The position numbers and the translations under genes are program-made. A stretch of 62,750 nt of DNA, the filler included, from Choristocarpus tenellus KU-1152 (Eukaryota > Protista > Phaeophyceae), in assembly GCA_964200185.2 (NCBI GenBank). It is 10 parts of 10 records of this genome, joined end to end, with 100 filler letters (N's around TTAATTAATTAA, not from the genome) between each part and the next. Parts side by side here need not be neighbours in the genome. Positions count along the whole stretch, not along the records: positions 12,105 to 18,508 come from CAXNAD020008206.1; positions 18,609 to 24,226 come from CAXNAD020010232.1; 8 more parts are not named here. One strand, given 5' to 3'. Shown in pieces: positions 12,340 to 24,226 of the stretch. The stretch's first letter is position 1. Each line of letters opens with the position of its first letter. The notes below the pieces were generated by a model. It searched no databases, was not told the DNA's origin, and saw only the letters and a list, made by a program, of their open reading frames with translations.

Positions 12340-13650
12340 GTAAGAAGAGCATCCATTATAGGAGGGGACATGGTCGGTGTGTTCCCGTTTGGGGAACCTT
12401 TGTCGCGGAGGAGGGATTTGTGATGGTGCGAGCGAAGCTTCAGATAATGAACCTGGCGGAGTATCTACATCATGTACCATGTAACGGAATTTCAAGTACT
12501 TCAGCTTTGTGAATTCGAATCTTATGCTCAAGTGAGGTACCAGAGAGGTCCTAACATAAAGAACTTGGCTTTAAATGCGAAAACAACTCTAACCTTTCTG
12601 AATGTTCCTTGCTGATCTCAGCGGTAACTGAGCATAAGCACCACTTGTTCCTCCAAAGGTAAACATATTTATTGGTCAGCTGATACGTCCGGTCCAATGT
12701 CTGAATCTGTATGGTTTCGGCCACCTGATTTAGGACAGCGAAGACACACGATTTCTTTTCGTCTTTAATACAGGTAGACTCAGACTGAAAGATCTGGCCA
12801 CCTTCACCAACCACTATCATCATCCTGGTCAAACCTCCTTGTTTCTTGGAGACACTGTCCGCATCATCATCAGCATAAAAGCATACTCCTCAAAACCTGC
12901 TCAAGTAGGTGTTGTTCTGCTCCCTTATGCTCCTCCTCTGATTGTTAGTCGTGGCTGCCGCTCTCTTGATGACAGCAAAGTCTTTGGAGATGGCCTGGGG
13001 TCAGAGGTGAAATTAGTAAAGGCCACACTTAGCACTGCAGTGTAGAAGGTGTTGAAGAGGATTGGAGCAAGAACACACCCCTGCCAAAGACCCTGTTTAA
13101 CCTCGAATCAGTCTGTCTACTCGCCATCATTCATGCAAACATACACCGTCACACCATCATGAAATTGACTGATGACAGAGATAATTGGAGGTATCCCGAA
13201 TTTGACTAGCACAACACACACGGAGATCACGATCAACAGAGCCATATGCTTTCTGTAGATTGATCAAACACATGAAGAGGAGCATATGCTTTTGCCGGTC
13301 AAACTCTTGGAGAGCATATACGGTGTACATCATATCGTTTTGTCGAGGAGCGTCGGGTCCCGAAATCACACTGCTCCTCATATTCGAGATAATCCCCCAA
13401 CTATCATGCAACAACTTTGAGGAGGACTTTGCCAGCATTTGTCATTAACGAGATGCCCCTGTAGTTGCCACAATCAGTAGTCCAATCCTTCTTATATAGC
13501 ATGGTGATGATAGCATCTTCCCACACCTGTGGTACAACTTCCTGGTTCCACACAACCAACACCATCTCATAGAAACCCTGGAGGATGGCCACATCCTCCA
13601 TAGGCCAATCTTTCGGGTCCCATTTCCCATTGGTCGGTGTGGTTCAGGCA
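12340..13650 (-). mobile_element. Decayed non-LTR retrotransposon (RTE-like LINE), reverse transcriptase region
   Basis: Minus-strand peptides [53 protein letters not shown] and FEVKQGLWQGCVLAPILFNTF in the expected order; many stops and frameshifts. Confidence 0.88.
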
Positions 13651-16373
13651 CTTTGGTCTACAAGAAGAACATAGTATAGTAGTACATCATTACTACACTA
13701 AGTACACCATATTTATTTGTCATCCGATATCGTGTGATTGGTACGAAGTATTGAGTAGTTCGAAGTTTTAGCACTCCTGAGTAGTTCACAAAAATATCAA
13801 CAGCAATTTGTCAACAGTGGTAAACAGTATAGTAGTCAGTAGGAGGAAGAACAAAGAACAGGTGTGTGTTGTGGGTGATGAAAAAAAAGTCTGAGTTGTA
13901 TGTATTTTATTCCATCTTGGAAGTGTTTTGTACCTCTAAGGTACGCTCTGTAGCGCGCTGGAACGAGTACAGCAAGAAACCACAAATTTGCTGATTGGAC
14001 CATACAAATAAATACAACAAAATAATATTTGTATAGAGTAAGGTAGTAGTAGGTGTCTCCACCTTCCAACCTATCCACAACCCTCGTGGGCACAGCCTCC
14101 ACGTTTGGGGAAGGTGGTAAGGGATTACAAGGAGTCAAGAAAAAGGAAATACAGGGTGGTGGTCTGGACTGGGGTGGAACTAAGGCGTCACAAAGTCCCT
14201 CCTTTGGTAGACCTGTAAGCTTTCCAGAGCCTGGTCAGGAAGCCAGGAATATCGTTGCTGCGTGCTACCGCTGGCTGGTTGGGTTGAGGCAGAAGATCGG
14301 TGGTGAGTCGGAGAGGGGATTGGAATATGAATGGGACCGGGGACTTCGCTCTCCTGGACAAGCAAATCGAGATCCTCAGGACCGGAGGCATTCTTCCTGA
14401 GAGGGATATTATCACCTTGTGCAAAAAGGTAAGGGGGGGAGAAATTTGTTGTGAATGCACAGGAAGGTAGAAGGGTGGCTTGATGAATCGTTTGCTTTCG
14501 AGCCTGGAGTGCTCTGATCGACTGACATCGTGCATATTTGAAAGGATGATACTTCTTGATTGGTGTCGAAGTCGATTTGGTAAACTAGTCCAACACAAGT
14601 GGAACCTGCTACAGAGACGAAGAGGATGCTCGGAGTCAGTATCGACGTCTTTCTCCTGTTGAAAAAATCTGTTAAAACAGCAGATATCGATAGCCTCGTG
14701 CCACCGTGTTGAAAAACCATGGCCAAGGTCTAATCTTCTGTCCCATATCCTGCTGGCGTGCGTTCCTCCAACGATCGACTGACATCTCTCACTGCCGTGA
14801 CCCGGTGTACGGCTCTGCACCCGCTCATACGCGCAAGATGGTTGAATTAGTGCGTTGAGATAAGTCATATTGTAATAAAGTGCCGGAGCGCCCAGCAGCA
14901 CACCCTTTTCCTGTACCTAATTTCTTCCATTGAGTGTCCATATCATAGCACAAATTCAGTCAACCCCCTGCCTGCTCCTACTGACCAACACACTCGGGGA
15001 GTCAGATATGGTGCTGATTTCATGTGTCCATGATGCCCGAATGTAGTGCAATCCACCGGTTTGATTGCAATCCCCTCTCTTCAGGACATTTAGGCGACAG
15101 TCGCCATTTGCTGTCCACTACCCCCCCCCCACGCCCATCTCTCATCAAATTATCTTTTTTTCTCAAGCCGTAATTTTCTTACGAAATAGGAATAATTTCA
15201 TTGAATTCATTTCCTTCTACTGCATGTATGTCGTGAATTTCACATCCTCCACGACACACCAGTTATTATTGCCTCGTTGGACGAAATGTGCTAAACTGAA
15301 GGCTTATCTCATGTATAAATACATATACACACACATTAATGCACACATACATACATACATACTATTTTCTCTCCTCCAGCTGTACTGCTCTCTTATTGAT
15401 GTACGGTTTTGAGGAAGGGTACCCTCATGTGGGGGTGTATCTTTTTTTGTCACTCATGCTGCACCTTATTTACGTTTACAGCAGTCAGTCATTCTTGCCA
15501 TGTGAGATGTTCATTGCTTCTTTTTTTTGTGGTACCAATTAGACCCATCATCTCAGAGAATGAGCCAACCTCTCAAGTAAATCATTCTTCCACTACTCTC
15601 TATCTGTGATTCGTCACTCATTGAGCTCGCTAGCACCAGCGAATGTAGACGAAAACATTTTCACAGTCTGCCTGCCGTCTAATCTTTAATCTTTAAGTTT
15701 CCCATTTTCCCATTGCCATGGTTGGAAAAATGATCACTTAGTGGGGCGATGCGATGTGATGGTATTTATTCACCCTGATCGGTACAAGCAGTTTCAACAC
15801 ATATTGAGCGATCACCTTGTTCTTGAGTTCCACTCGTACTACTGGAAAAAAAAAGTAAACAAAATGAAACCATATTTTTTTGAACACTGACCATTAGCAC
15901 CTCCAATGTTTACCGCGCGGAACTTTCCCACAAAAAAAAAATCCCCCCCGAATTATATATATTTTGTGTTGTTTTGAGAGAGCATGACATCATCGTTTAC
16001 CGGGTAACCCACCCCTCGCTGATGAGCGTAAGACTAGTTCAAGTGACTCCAATTTTTTTTTTTCTGCCTGCTACATGCCTGGTACATTATTAGATTTTTT
16101 TAAAGGCTTTTGTGATTGATGGGGGCAGGTAGAAAGAAGGGTGTGGGGGGAGGAGGTAGGCAGGCGAACTAGGAAGAGGTCAATTTGTTTTATGTTGTTG
16201 TTTTTTACATCTTTTTTGTTTTTGTTTGTGAATATATATTTTTTTGTTGATGTAGATATTTTTTTTACGGGGTTGCCTCAGACTGTGTGTGTTGTGATAT
16301 ATGTGTGTATTTTTGTGGAGCGGGCTTGTACCGAGTGGATTGTGTATGCTGTGTATGCTTGAGTTGTGCTGGT

Positions 16374-16495
16374 TTGATTGATACTGATTGGCTTATGCAG
16401 CTAAAAAAGAAAAGGAAAGGGAGGGTGTGCATTCATTAGCTTGATTGATACTGATTGGTGTATGTTGTTAAAAAAGAAAAGGAAAGGGAGGGTGA
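16374..16495. repeat. Two-copy tandem duplication, unit ~67 bp
   Basis: TTGATTGATACTGATTGG...AAAAAAGAAAAGGAAAGGGAGGGTG occurs twice in tandem. Confidence 0.8.
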
Positions 16496-16938
16496 GAGAT
16501 TCCTTTTTTGGATTATTGCGGTCATGTTACCCTTGGTAATTTACAGAATGAATTTTCGTGCACATGAAGATTATGAACATGAAGATGTACGTTATGGTTA
16601 ACTGTGAATGTAGCGGTGTTATGTTATGTAATTTTTTAATTCAAGAAGTGTAAGTACCATATCCTATCATTTTTCATATATATATATATATATACAGGTT
16701 CTGAATATAATATATAAATAATATGCGTGTTGTGTTTCTCATTCATGAGCTATTTTTCCCACCATAAAGTTTACACATTTCAAGGCACATTTTTTTTGTT
16801 TGTTTTGGTTACCACTGTGTTTGTTCGGTACTGGTACTGTAGTAGTGTTGATCGCCTGGCAGGTATGAGGAAAATTTTGCCTTAACCTTTGATCGTGATT
16901 GTGGATGGGTCCTCAGTGTTACACCCCCTGCCGTTTGT

Positions 16939-16962
16939 GGTTAGGGTTAGGGTTAGGGTTAG
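16939..16962 (+). repeat. Short interstitial (TTAGGG)n
   Basis: GGTTAGGGTTAGGGTTAGGGTTAG. Confidence 0.8.
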
Positions 16963-17510
16963 AAAACTGTATGCATGGGTAAAGAATTGTGTATGATATA
17001 CATGCACATGTAAGTACATGTATTTATGGAACATATTTACTTACACATGTAATACACACACTCATACATACATACTACATACATAAATCATTTTTCATGC
17101 TTGTTTGACAGTCAGATTTCATAGCACCCCAAGCCATGAAGGGGAACACCTGCTGATAGTGATATTAATTTTTGAAGTGCTGTTACCCAGGTGGTTGAGA
17201 AACCCTTCACCCTGTCCTTTCCCCTTACTCTCTTGGGCAGCAAAATATTGTTTTATTATTTTGCACCTGAGGAATGAGAACTATCTCGCCCTATTATTTT
17301 TTTACCTAAATTGGAGCGCATTTTCACAATCCTTTATTTTTTTTTAGGGACGGTTAATAAAAACAACAGTGAAATGCAGTCCGTTTATTGGCATGTCCTT
17401 CTGTACGCAAACCAGCACCACCATGTGGTTGCATACACATGTGCATATACTCAAGTGTGTACCTCTTCCCTCCCCTGGTACCCATGGTCCTGGTCCTACT
17501 GTTCATGAGA

Positions 17511-17787
17511 ACCTCGGTACTAGTATGTGGTACCTCGGTACTAGTAAGTGGTACCTCGGTATTAGTAAGTGGTACCTCGGTACTAGTAAGTGGTACCTCA
17601 GTACTATTAAGTGATACCTCGGTACTAGTAAGTGGTATCTCGGTACTAGTAAGTGGTACCTCGATACTAGTATGTGGTACCTCGGTACTAGTAAGTGGTA
17701 CCTCCGTACTAGTAAGTGGTACCTCGGTACTAGTAAGTGGTACCTCGGTACTAGTAAGTGGTACCTCAGTACTAGTAAGTGGTACCT
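17511..17787. repeat. 21-bp minisatellite, ~13 units (GGTACCTCGGTACTAGTAAGT)
   Basis: Directly visible head-to-tail units with 0-2 substitutions. A separate 18-bp unit (GGTACATAGGGTGCATAA) repeats ~2.5 times at ~17979-18027. Confidence 0.95.
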
Positions 17788-18387
17788 TGGCACTATTACA
17801 CAATAGAGTAGCGCCTTGTTCGCGAGAACCGGAGGGTGCCGAGACACCAGACCAGTCGCAGGTGTGTGCGTGTAGTGCATTTTTTTTTTATTCTCTTTTT
17901 TATTTTTCATTTCTTTCCTTTTTTTTATCATGCATGTGACACCTGCAGTCTGCTTCGGCGAGTTAACACACCAAACACGGTACATAGGGTGCATAAGGTA
18001 CATAGGGTGCATAAGGTACATAGGGTACCGTCATTGGTATTGTGCAGTACCAGTACCATGAATTTTTGTTCTTTTCCTACTACAGCATCAGTACTGTATA
18101 ATACAACACGAGAATAAGAACATTAAAATTAAAGTAATAAGAATATTATGGTACAAAAGAATTGTGGTAGTGAGAGTGCATGGCCCCCTCCCTCCCTGTC
18201 CCCTCCNNNNNNNNNNATTAATTCGATTAAAACATGGAGCTCAACCAACGTTAGTTGTTGCATGGCCCCCTCCCTCCCTGTCCCCTACTCTGCCAGTCGG
18301 TACAGCTCATTTTTTTTTTCTTTTTTTGTGTGGTTTTATGCTTATCACGCTATTTAAATTTTTTTTGTTTACCTCTTTTTTTTTCAG

Positions 18388-18483
18388 GCAAGGGAAATCC
18401 TCGGCGGAGAGTCCAATGTCCAACCAGTCAGGTGTCCAGTGACCATATGCGGAGACATCCATGGGCAGTTCTACGATCTACTG
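18388..18483 (+). CDS. Exon of a PPP-family Ser/Thr phosphatase catalytic subunit (PP2A/PP4-type), partial; absent from the ORF track
   Basis: After a polypyrimidine tract and CAG it reads [32 protein letters not shown], containing the GDxHG metallophosphoesterase motif. Similarity is lost next to the contig end. Confidence 0.88.
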
Positions 18484-19039
18484 TTGAGTTTTGCGCAGTC
18501 TCCCCCCCNNNNNNNNNNNNNNNNNNNNNNNNNNNNNNNNNNNNNNNNNNNNTTAATTAATTAANNNNNNNNNNNNNNNNNNNNNNNNNNNNNNNNNNNN
18601 NNNNNNNNGGGGCGTGGGCCGGGGGGGGCGGGGGGGGGAGGGGGGAGGGGGGGGGCAGAGAAAAAGCGATCCCAGTCAACCTCTAAAAAATTAGATCATT
18701 ATAGGAAGTGCAAACACCCAATGCATTGATGGTTCATCCTCAGAGCTACGCAGTACCAGATATAGAGTGCTTTCGGGTAAGGGAATCACATCAGTTTCAC
18801 CCCCACAGGAGCCCTACACCCATATCCGCCCATTACAGTTGCCTTGAAGGAAGAAAATATGCCCTTGTTTCAGTTGGTCTTTCCACAATTGACCTGTCTC
18901 AGTCTTGTATTTCAAGACCTTACACATCTAACAGCTTTGCAGCACTTTAAGCACTACGACTGGCATCCCGAAAAAGGTATTCAAATGTAGCCCATCTTCT
19001 ATCTTCACAGTTGACTATCCTGCCACACATAAACTAAAG

Positions 19040-19550
19040 GAAGTAACAAAACGGAGCTGACACCATTGAAGCATCCGCTTAAGGAAATCGAAAAAGTTCA
19101 GTATAAAACAGAGGGATTACTCTACATGTCATGCATAAGTCGCAGTACAACAACTCCAGCATATTATTGTGACACCATCAACACACAAAAGTGGAGGAAA
19201 GATCCACACCCTGCAGATCACTGTTTCCAATAGCTATGTGCACTTGCCTGCCAGAGTAGCACTCCATGCACTCTTGCTGCATCCTGAAGGAATGTGGCCA
19301 CTTCCAACGAGCTTGAGCTAAGGATAAGGCACTGCAAAAGGATACCCGCATGGAGTCGTGTTGCTGCATCTTGGTGGTGCGTAAGGTCAAACACCGTTCT
19401 CCTTTCTTCAAAAAGTCTTGGGAGGTTGAGAGAGAAGAGAAAATGTGACATGGGCTATAAATTTGAGAGGAAAAGGAGAAATGTGACAATGGATCCAGGG
19501 ATTGTGGAGGAACAAAGCCTCCGCCATTGGCCTGGAACAGAGAGAGCATG
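19040..19550 (+). mobile_element. Possible highly decayed 3' part of an RTE-like LINE
   Basis: Fragments EGLLYMSCIS and MGYKFERKRRN..VEEQSLRHWPGTER weakly recall RTE ORF C-termini; by eye only. Confidence 0.25.
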
Positions 19551-20119
19551 TGACATGTTAACATTTTTTCTCTCATGCACTTTTGGAAAGAACACTATTA
19601 ATAAGACAGCATGTTGTTACCCTCCCTGAACTGTCTCCCTCCTAAGGGCCCTCCATATGTCATATCTGAAAAGACTATTCTTAGCTACTGCCTTATTCTA
19701 CCTGCGGTGGACACATGTCCTGGTAGGCAGGTTGGACGATGTAGCCCCATCAGTGCCCATGAGGGTACAAAGTAGGGAGAGAGCTGCAGGCAGGCAACCT
19801 GGCATAGAAGTGCTTCCACAGCCAACATCATCTATATCGGCACCTAACATACTACTACATTTGTTGCTGTAGTCTGTGGTAGCACTTCCTCTGGATTGTT
19901 CGACTGTTCACACAATGGGGGACATGTGCAGTAAACCATGGGAGGAATTATTGCCAAACTGTTGACATAGTGTCCCAATCCAAGACAAGGGGGTTGGGCT
20001 GTGTGGGCTCTTGCGATCGACTCGGCACAGGGACTGACAGTGGTGAAACCTGACGAAGTCCAAGATAATCACACTTTCAAGGAAAATTCGTGGGTATTAG
20101 TGCATGCTACACAGTACAT

Positions 20120-21248
20120 TAACCTGCCAGGCTTGACCTAACAGGACGCAGCCCTCCTGCATTATCTGAGTCGTTCAGATAGGTAGACTCTGGGTATATG
20201 GGTAAAAGTGCCTTTACTGTCAACCAAATCATATTCAAAAACTTTTCTCCTCGACTGCTGTTCGCCTTGTAGCTTACCCATAAGGTGGCACAAAGCATCG
20301 AGACCCCCTTCCGCGCAGATTCGACGTTTGGCAGCTGATGCGGCGTCTTGTTCGAGGAGAGACCCAAAAGCGACGGTTGGTACGCCTGCCATCACGCTCA
20401 GAGCCTGCAGTGCATGCAGCTGAATGCGTGGGTCGCCGGTCGCGAGGCACCTGTTTTGGGATGTTTGATGCTCGAGTTAGCACAAGTACTTCAAAGGTAG
20501 ATCCCTCATTCGGCATTCTGATCTTCAGGTGAGGAGGTCGTTCACTCAAAGAGCAGTGTATCCCGGCCCCGTAAACTACGTTCATAAATTAGTAGATAAA
20601 GCACCTGCAAACGGGACATGGAGGAAGACGAAGATACTGATGGACCAGATCTGGCAGCAAGAACAACCTCCACAGCGTCCCAAGTGCTAGATTTATGAGG
20701 TCGGCAGTGGAATTATGTCGGAAGGGGGAAAGGTTCCTCTCCGACAAGTCGGTTCGCCAGAGCGATGGTACTTTCGTGTTCGGTATAAGAGTGCTCAAGA
20801 CTTTATAGGTGACGCGTAGCACACGCTGGTTTTGCAAACGGTCAAAGAGGCCGTCTGACAGGTCATGGAGATTCTTCTCTGTGAGTAATTCAGGCTCCAA
20901 GGTCGAGTTGAATTCATCGAACAGCGGTACCCAGATCACCTGAGCAAGCGGATACATGCAATTCGGTCAAAGACTTTAATCGAGTAGTACCGAGGGAAGT
21001 GAGTTTTGACTCCTGTAAATGACAGTATAAAGCTTGATTTGAAACTGTACCCGGTCAGTGTGATCGAGGGCATTGAAGTCAGGTTGGTCAACCGAGAGTC
21101 TGGAAATGTCTTGAATCAACTGGCGTTGCAACGAGGATGATCCCTGTCCCATCCTTGTCCATTCACTACCGCTATACAGAGCCGATGTTGCCCATTCGGT
21201 TGGCGTTTGACGTCCTGTCTTCTTGGTCTGATATGCAAATGAAAACAA
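20120..21248 (-). pseudogene. Decayed ~370-codon ORF of unknown family, divergent from gag
   Basis: ORFs 20976-21248, 20589-20957 and 20274-20585 share one frame and are separated by only three stop codons; ORF 20162-20395 probably continues it after a frameshift. Complex protein-like composition, a CPVC motif, no introns apparent. Confidence 0.55.
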
Positions 21249-21871
21249 CCAACTTCAAATTTTATCTGAGGAAACAAGATGATACTCTGTAGCACTCTGT
21301 AGTGACTCTTCTTGGAGGTAAAGTCGATACCATAGGAACTTTTCCTTACTTAATACTGCCTACAATTAAGTAAAATATCCACAGTAATAATATACACTAT
21401 AATTGTATGTAGTACATATGGGTACCATTTTAAGGCGTGCATTAATAAAGGTTTATGTCAGGGACATGTTCCTTTTTTGGGATCTCCGACACACACATGT
21501 GCATAAGACGCGCGATCATATACAATTGCGCGCGCCAACCACGTCATTTGAACTCATCCATACCGATTAGTCCAATAAACCAACCACACCAATAAGATCC
21601 GGATTTGATCAAACTCCCAAAATGGACTGTCAGAACAAAGAACCATTCCGATTCTGACTAATCCATTTCTTTGCTATGACGTTGCTCAGTCATTCGGGAA
21701 CATCTGTTGTGTTTTAAGGTTTTTGTTCTGTTCTGGATTTCCTCATCTGTTCAGAGATGTTGAGCCAAGAGCTTTGAAACTCGGTCTCATCCTCTGAGGT
21801 GAAAGAGTTCAGTCCGGTGATTGTGAGTGCCCCCTTGAGCAGAGAACTTGGCACCTTCGACACTTCCACAG

Positions 21872-21888
21872 TGGTACTCACGCCTAGT
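21872..21888 (+). promoter_or_regulatory. Putative primer-binding site after a putative LTR 3' end (..TTCCACA, 21870)
   Basis: CA-g-TGGTACTCACGCCTAG has the canonical LTR-end/TGG layout, ~46 nt before the gag ATG (21918). The matching tRNA was not identified. Confidence 0.45.
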
Positions 21889-21917
21889 GTTCAAGGGGGG
21901 CTAACTCACGCCACATT

Positions 21918-24226
21918 ATGTCTGACACTACTACTCCCATACCCACTGCAACAGCTCATACCAGCAGCAGTACCAAGGAGAAGTCAGTGATGCACAAAGG
22001 GAAGAAGAAGACAACCTATGCAACGCCAACCGAAGGAGGTAATAATGAGGGGGGTACTATAAACACCCAACCTCAACCGAGTCCCATGTCTACCTCTGTA
22101 GACAGAGGCATCCCTGGTGGCTTGCTAGAGCAGGAAGGGATGACAGCGGAGAGGCTGAGGGAAGGCCCTGCCTGTAATTCGGGCCTGAACCGGTACAGCG
22201 TGCTAGGAGAAGACCATGAAGAGAAATACGAAGACAGTGCGGCAGTGACATTCGACATACAGACATACATGAACCGCCAGCTCGTCTATGCCAAGAAGAT
22301 TGTTGATGAAGCAATGGAGGGGACTCCACACAATCAAGGTTTGGTGACTGCAGCTATGCAAACGCTGAAGACGAAGATGAATAATTCCTTTGTAGATTCA
22401 ACCAACCCGCCTGCTTCTGATTACCCCCACAGCAACCCCCTAGTTGTGAAAATATCCCTCGCATAAGGATTTACCCCAAATGCGTTTTTGGGACGTTCAA
22501 GAGCAAGGTTGTCCCCCATTAGCCAACTTTCGGAAGTTACTCATGATCTTCAAAAACCGAGTAGGCGCTATCGCTATGGTGAATAAATCATCGGTGGAAG
22601 CAAACCAGATTGCTACATACGAACAAATACTTGGAGACATGTGTATGCACCTTTTCCAGCATCAAATTCCTAGAGGTACCAGTCCCGACAAAGCAAGTGT
22701 TCGATCGTTTTGTGAAACGTTGAATGTAACCTCTTGGGAGGAATTTGTTGCGGCAAGCCTGAAGGAATTTTCTGTACCAAATCCGTTAGAACGTTCCACA
22801 ATATGATTGATATTCGGCAGGAATCGAAGGAGGATGTTCGGACGTTTGCAAGACGGGTAATTGAGTCAATCAATTTCTTTGTACGTGAGTTGAGAGTCCA
22901 CCCACATGACAGGGGTGACCTCGACCCCATTGATCTGAACTCCACCACCCTGATTTCCCTTCTCACGGACAGACTCTGATACAGCGCGTTCAACGTCGGT
23001 GTATTACCTGCTATTCTAGGAGTTTTGTGTTCTAACCCTCAGTGTTACGAGAACTTCGCAGCACTACTAGTTGATGCAGCAGTTGACCAAGCATCTGCCA
23101 TGTCGAGTCTAGACAAAGGATCGTTTGCTCATGTTGTGACCTCCAGCCACATCTATCGATAACTTGGGAAATTTACACCCAACGGATTTACGACCCTCTG
23201 ACCTTGGACTGCTGTTGACTGTGGTAAAACTCTTGCAAGCGATCTGGATAGGGATAACGCAGAAATCCGCCAAATGAAAGCGAAGAGACGTACTCACAGG
23301 TCTGATGTATCTACGCAATCATTCCCCTCAACCTTTTCCGAACCCTCTGATTCCAGCCCAGTGTGCGAATTCGAAGGTTGTAGTGCGAGATCAAGGCGTG
23401 GACATGCGACAGAAGATTGTTGGGCAAACCCTGGGGGCAACAACTACCACCCCTTCAGGAAAGGTTTTGAACATATGGCCAGAAGAGACCGCCGAAACCA
23501 AGATACCGACAAGTCATTTGACCAGTTGGTGTCTGCTATAACGGCACGACTAGCGGAGTCATAACATCAGATGCAACCAACGTTGAAAGACAACCAAGAC
23601 CACCCTGAACCTGGGGAAAAACGAACTAGGATCGGGCAGAAAGAGGGCTGCCTTGCAGAATCTGTTTCCCCGGAAACTGTAGGGATAAGAAGTCAAGAAG
23701 AAACTAGGGACTTGTTGTGTAGAGCAGACTCAGATGTATTAGAGAGAGCAAATAAGACCCAACACTTTCAATACTCAAGGTCAGCACACCAAACGTTGCC
23801 ACAAGCAGGGCATGTAACAACTGTTGCATCTGCTCTTTCTTTTCTCCACGACCGGTTCTGGGCGTAGGTGGCATATCTTTTACACCTCAAATGTGTTGTT
23901 CCACTTTGTCATACTGTTGGCACACATCAGCAATTCCAACATTATTCTCACTCCCCTCGTGTGCTCAATATTTCATCTTGCCGCGTAAGATTTCCTGGGT
24001 ATGTTGAAAATGAACCTTTAACGAGTATTACTGTTGATACTGCTACTGGCATTCCAGTAATATCTCTCAGATACATTGAAGCACACCCAACACTTTGCAA
24101 GGCACCGATTCGGGAGATTCCAGCAGGCGCTCTGAATTTAAAAGGAGCAGGTGGTAGACCTTGTTCGAATAGACTCTTCCAACTCTATCGGACAATTACG
24201 GTAAAATATGTATGGAGTAATAGAAC
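21918..24226 (+). mobile_element. Ty3/gypsy-like LTR retrotransposon gag-protease, decayed and truncated by contig end
   Basis: Successive ORFs mostly in one frame; gag-like SWEEFVAASLKEF..IRQESKEDVRTFARR; zinc-knuckle variant CEFEGCSARSRRGHATEDC; retropepsin-like ITVDTATGIPVIS..LKGAGG. Confidence 0.75.

Noticed and set aside
17511-17787. CRISPR array
   Set aside because: Units are head-to-tail with no unique spacers, no cas genes are present, and the context is eukaryotic.
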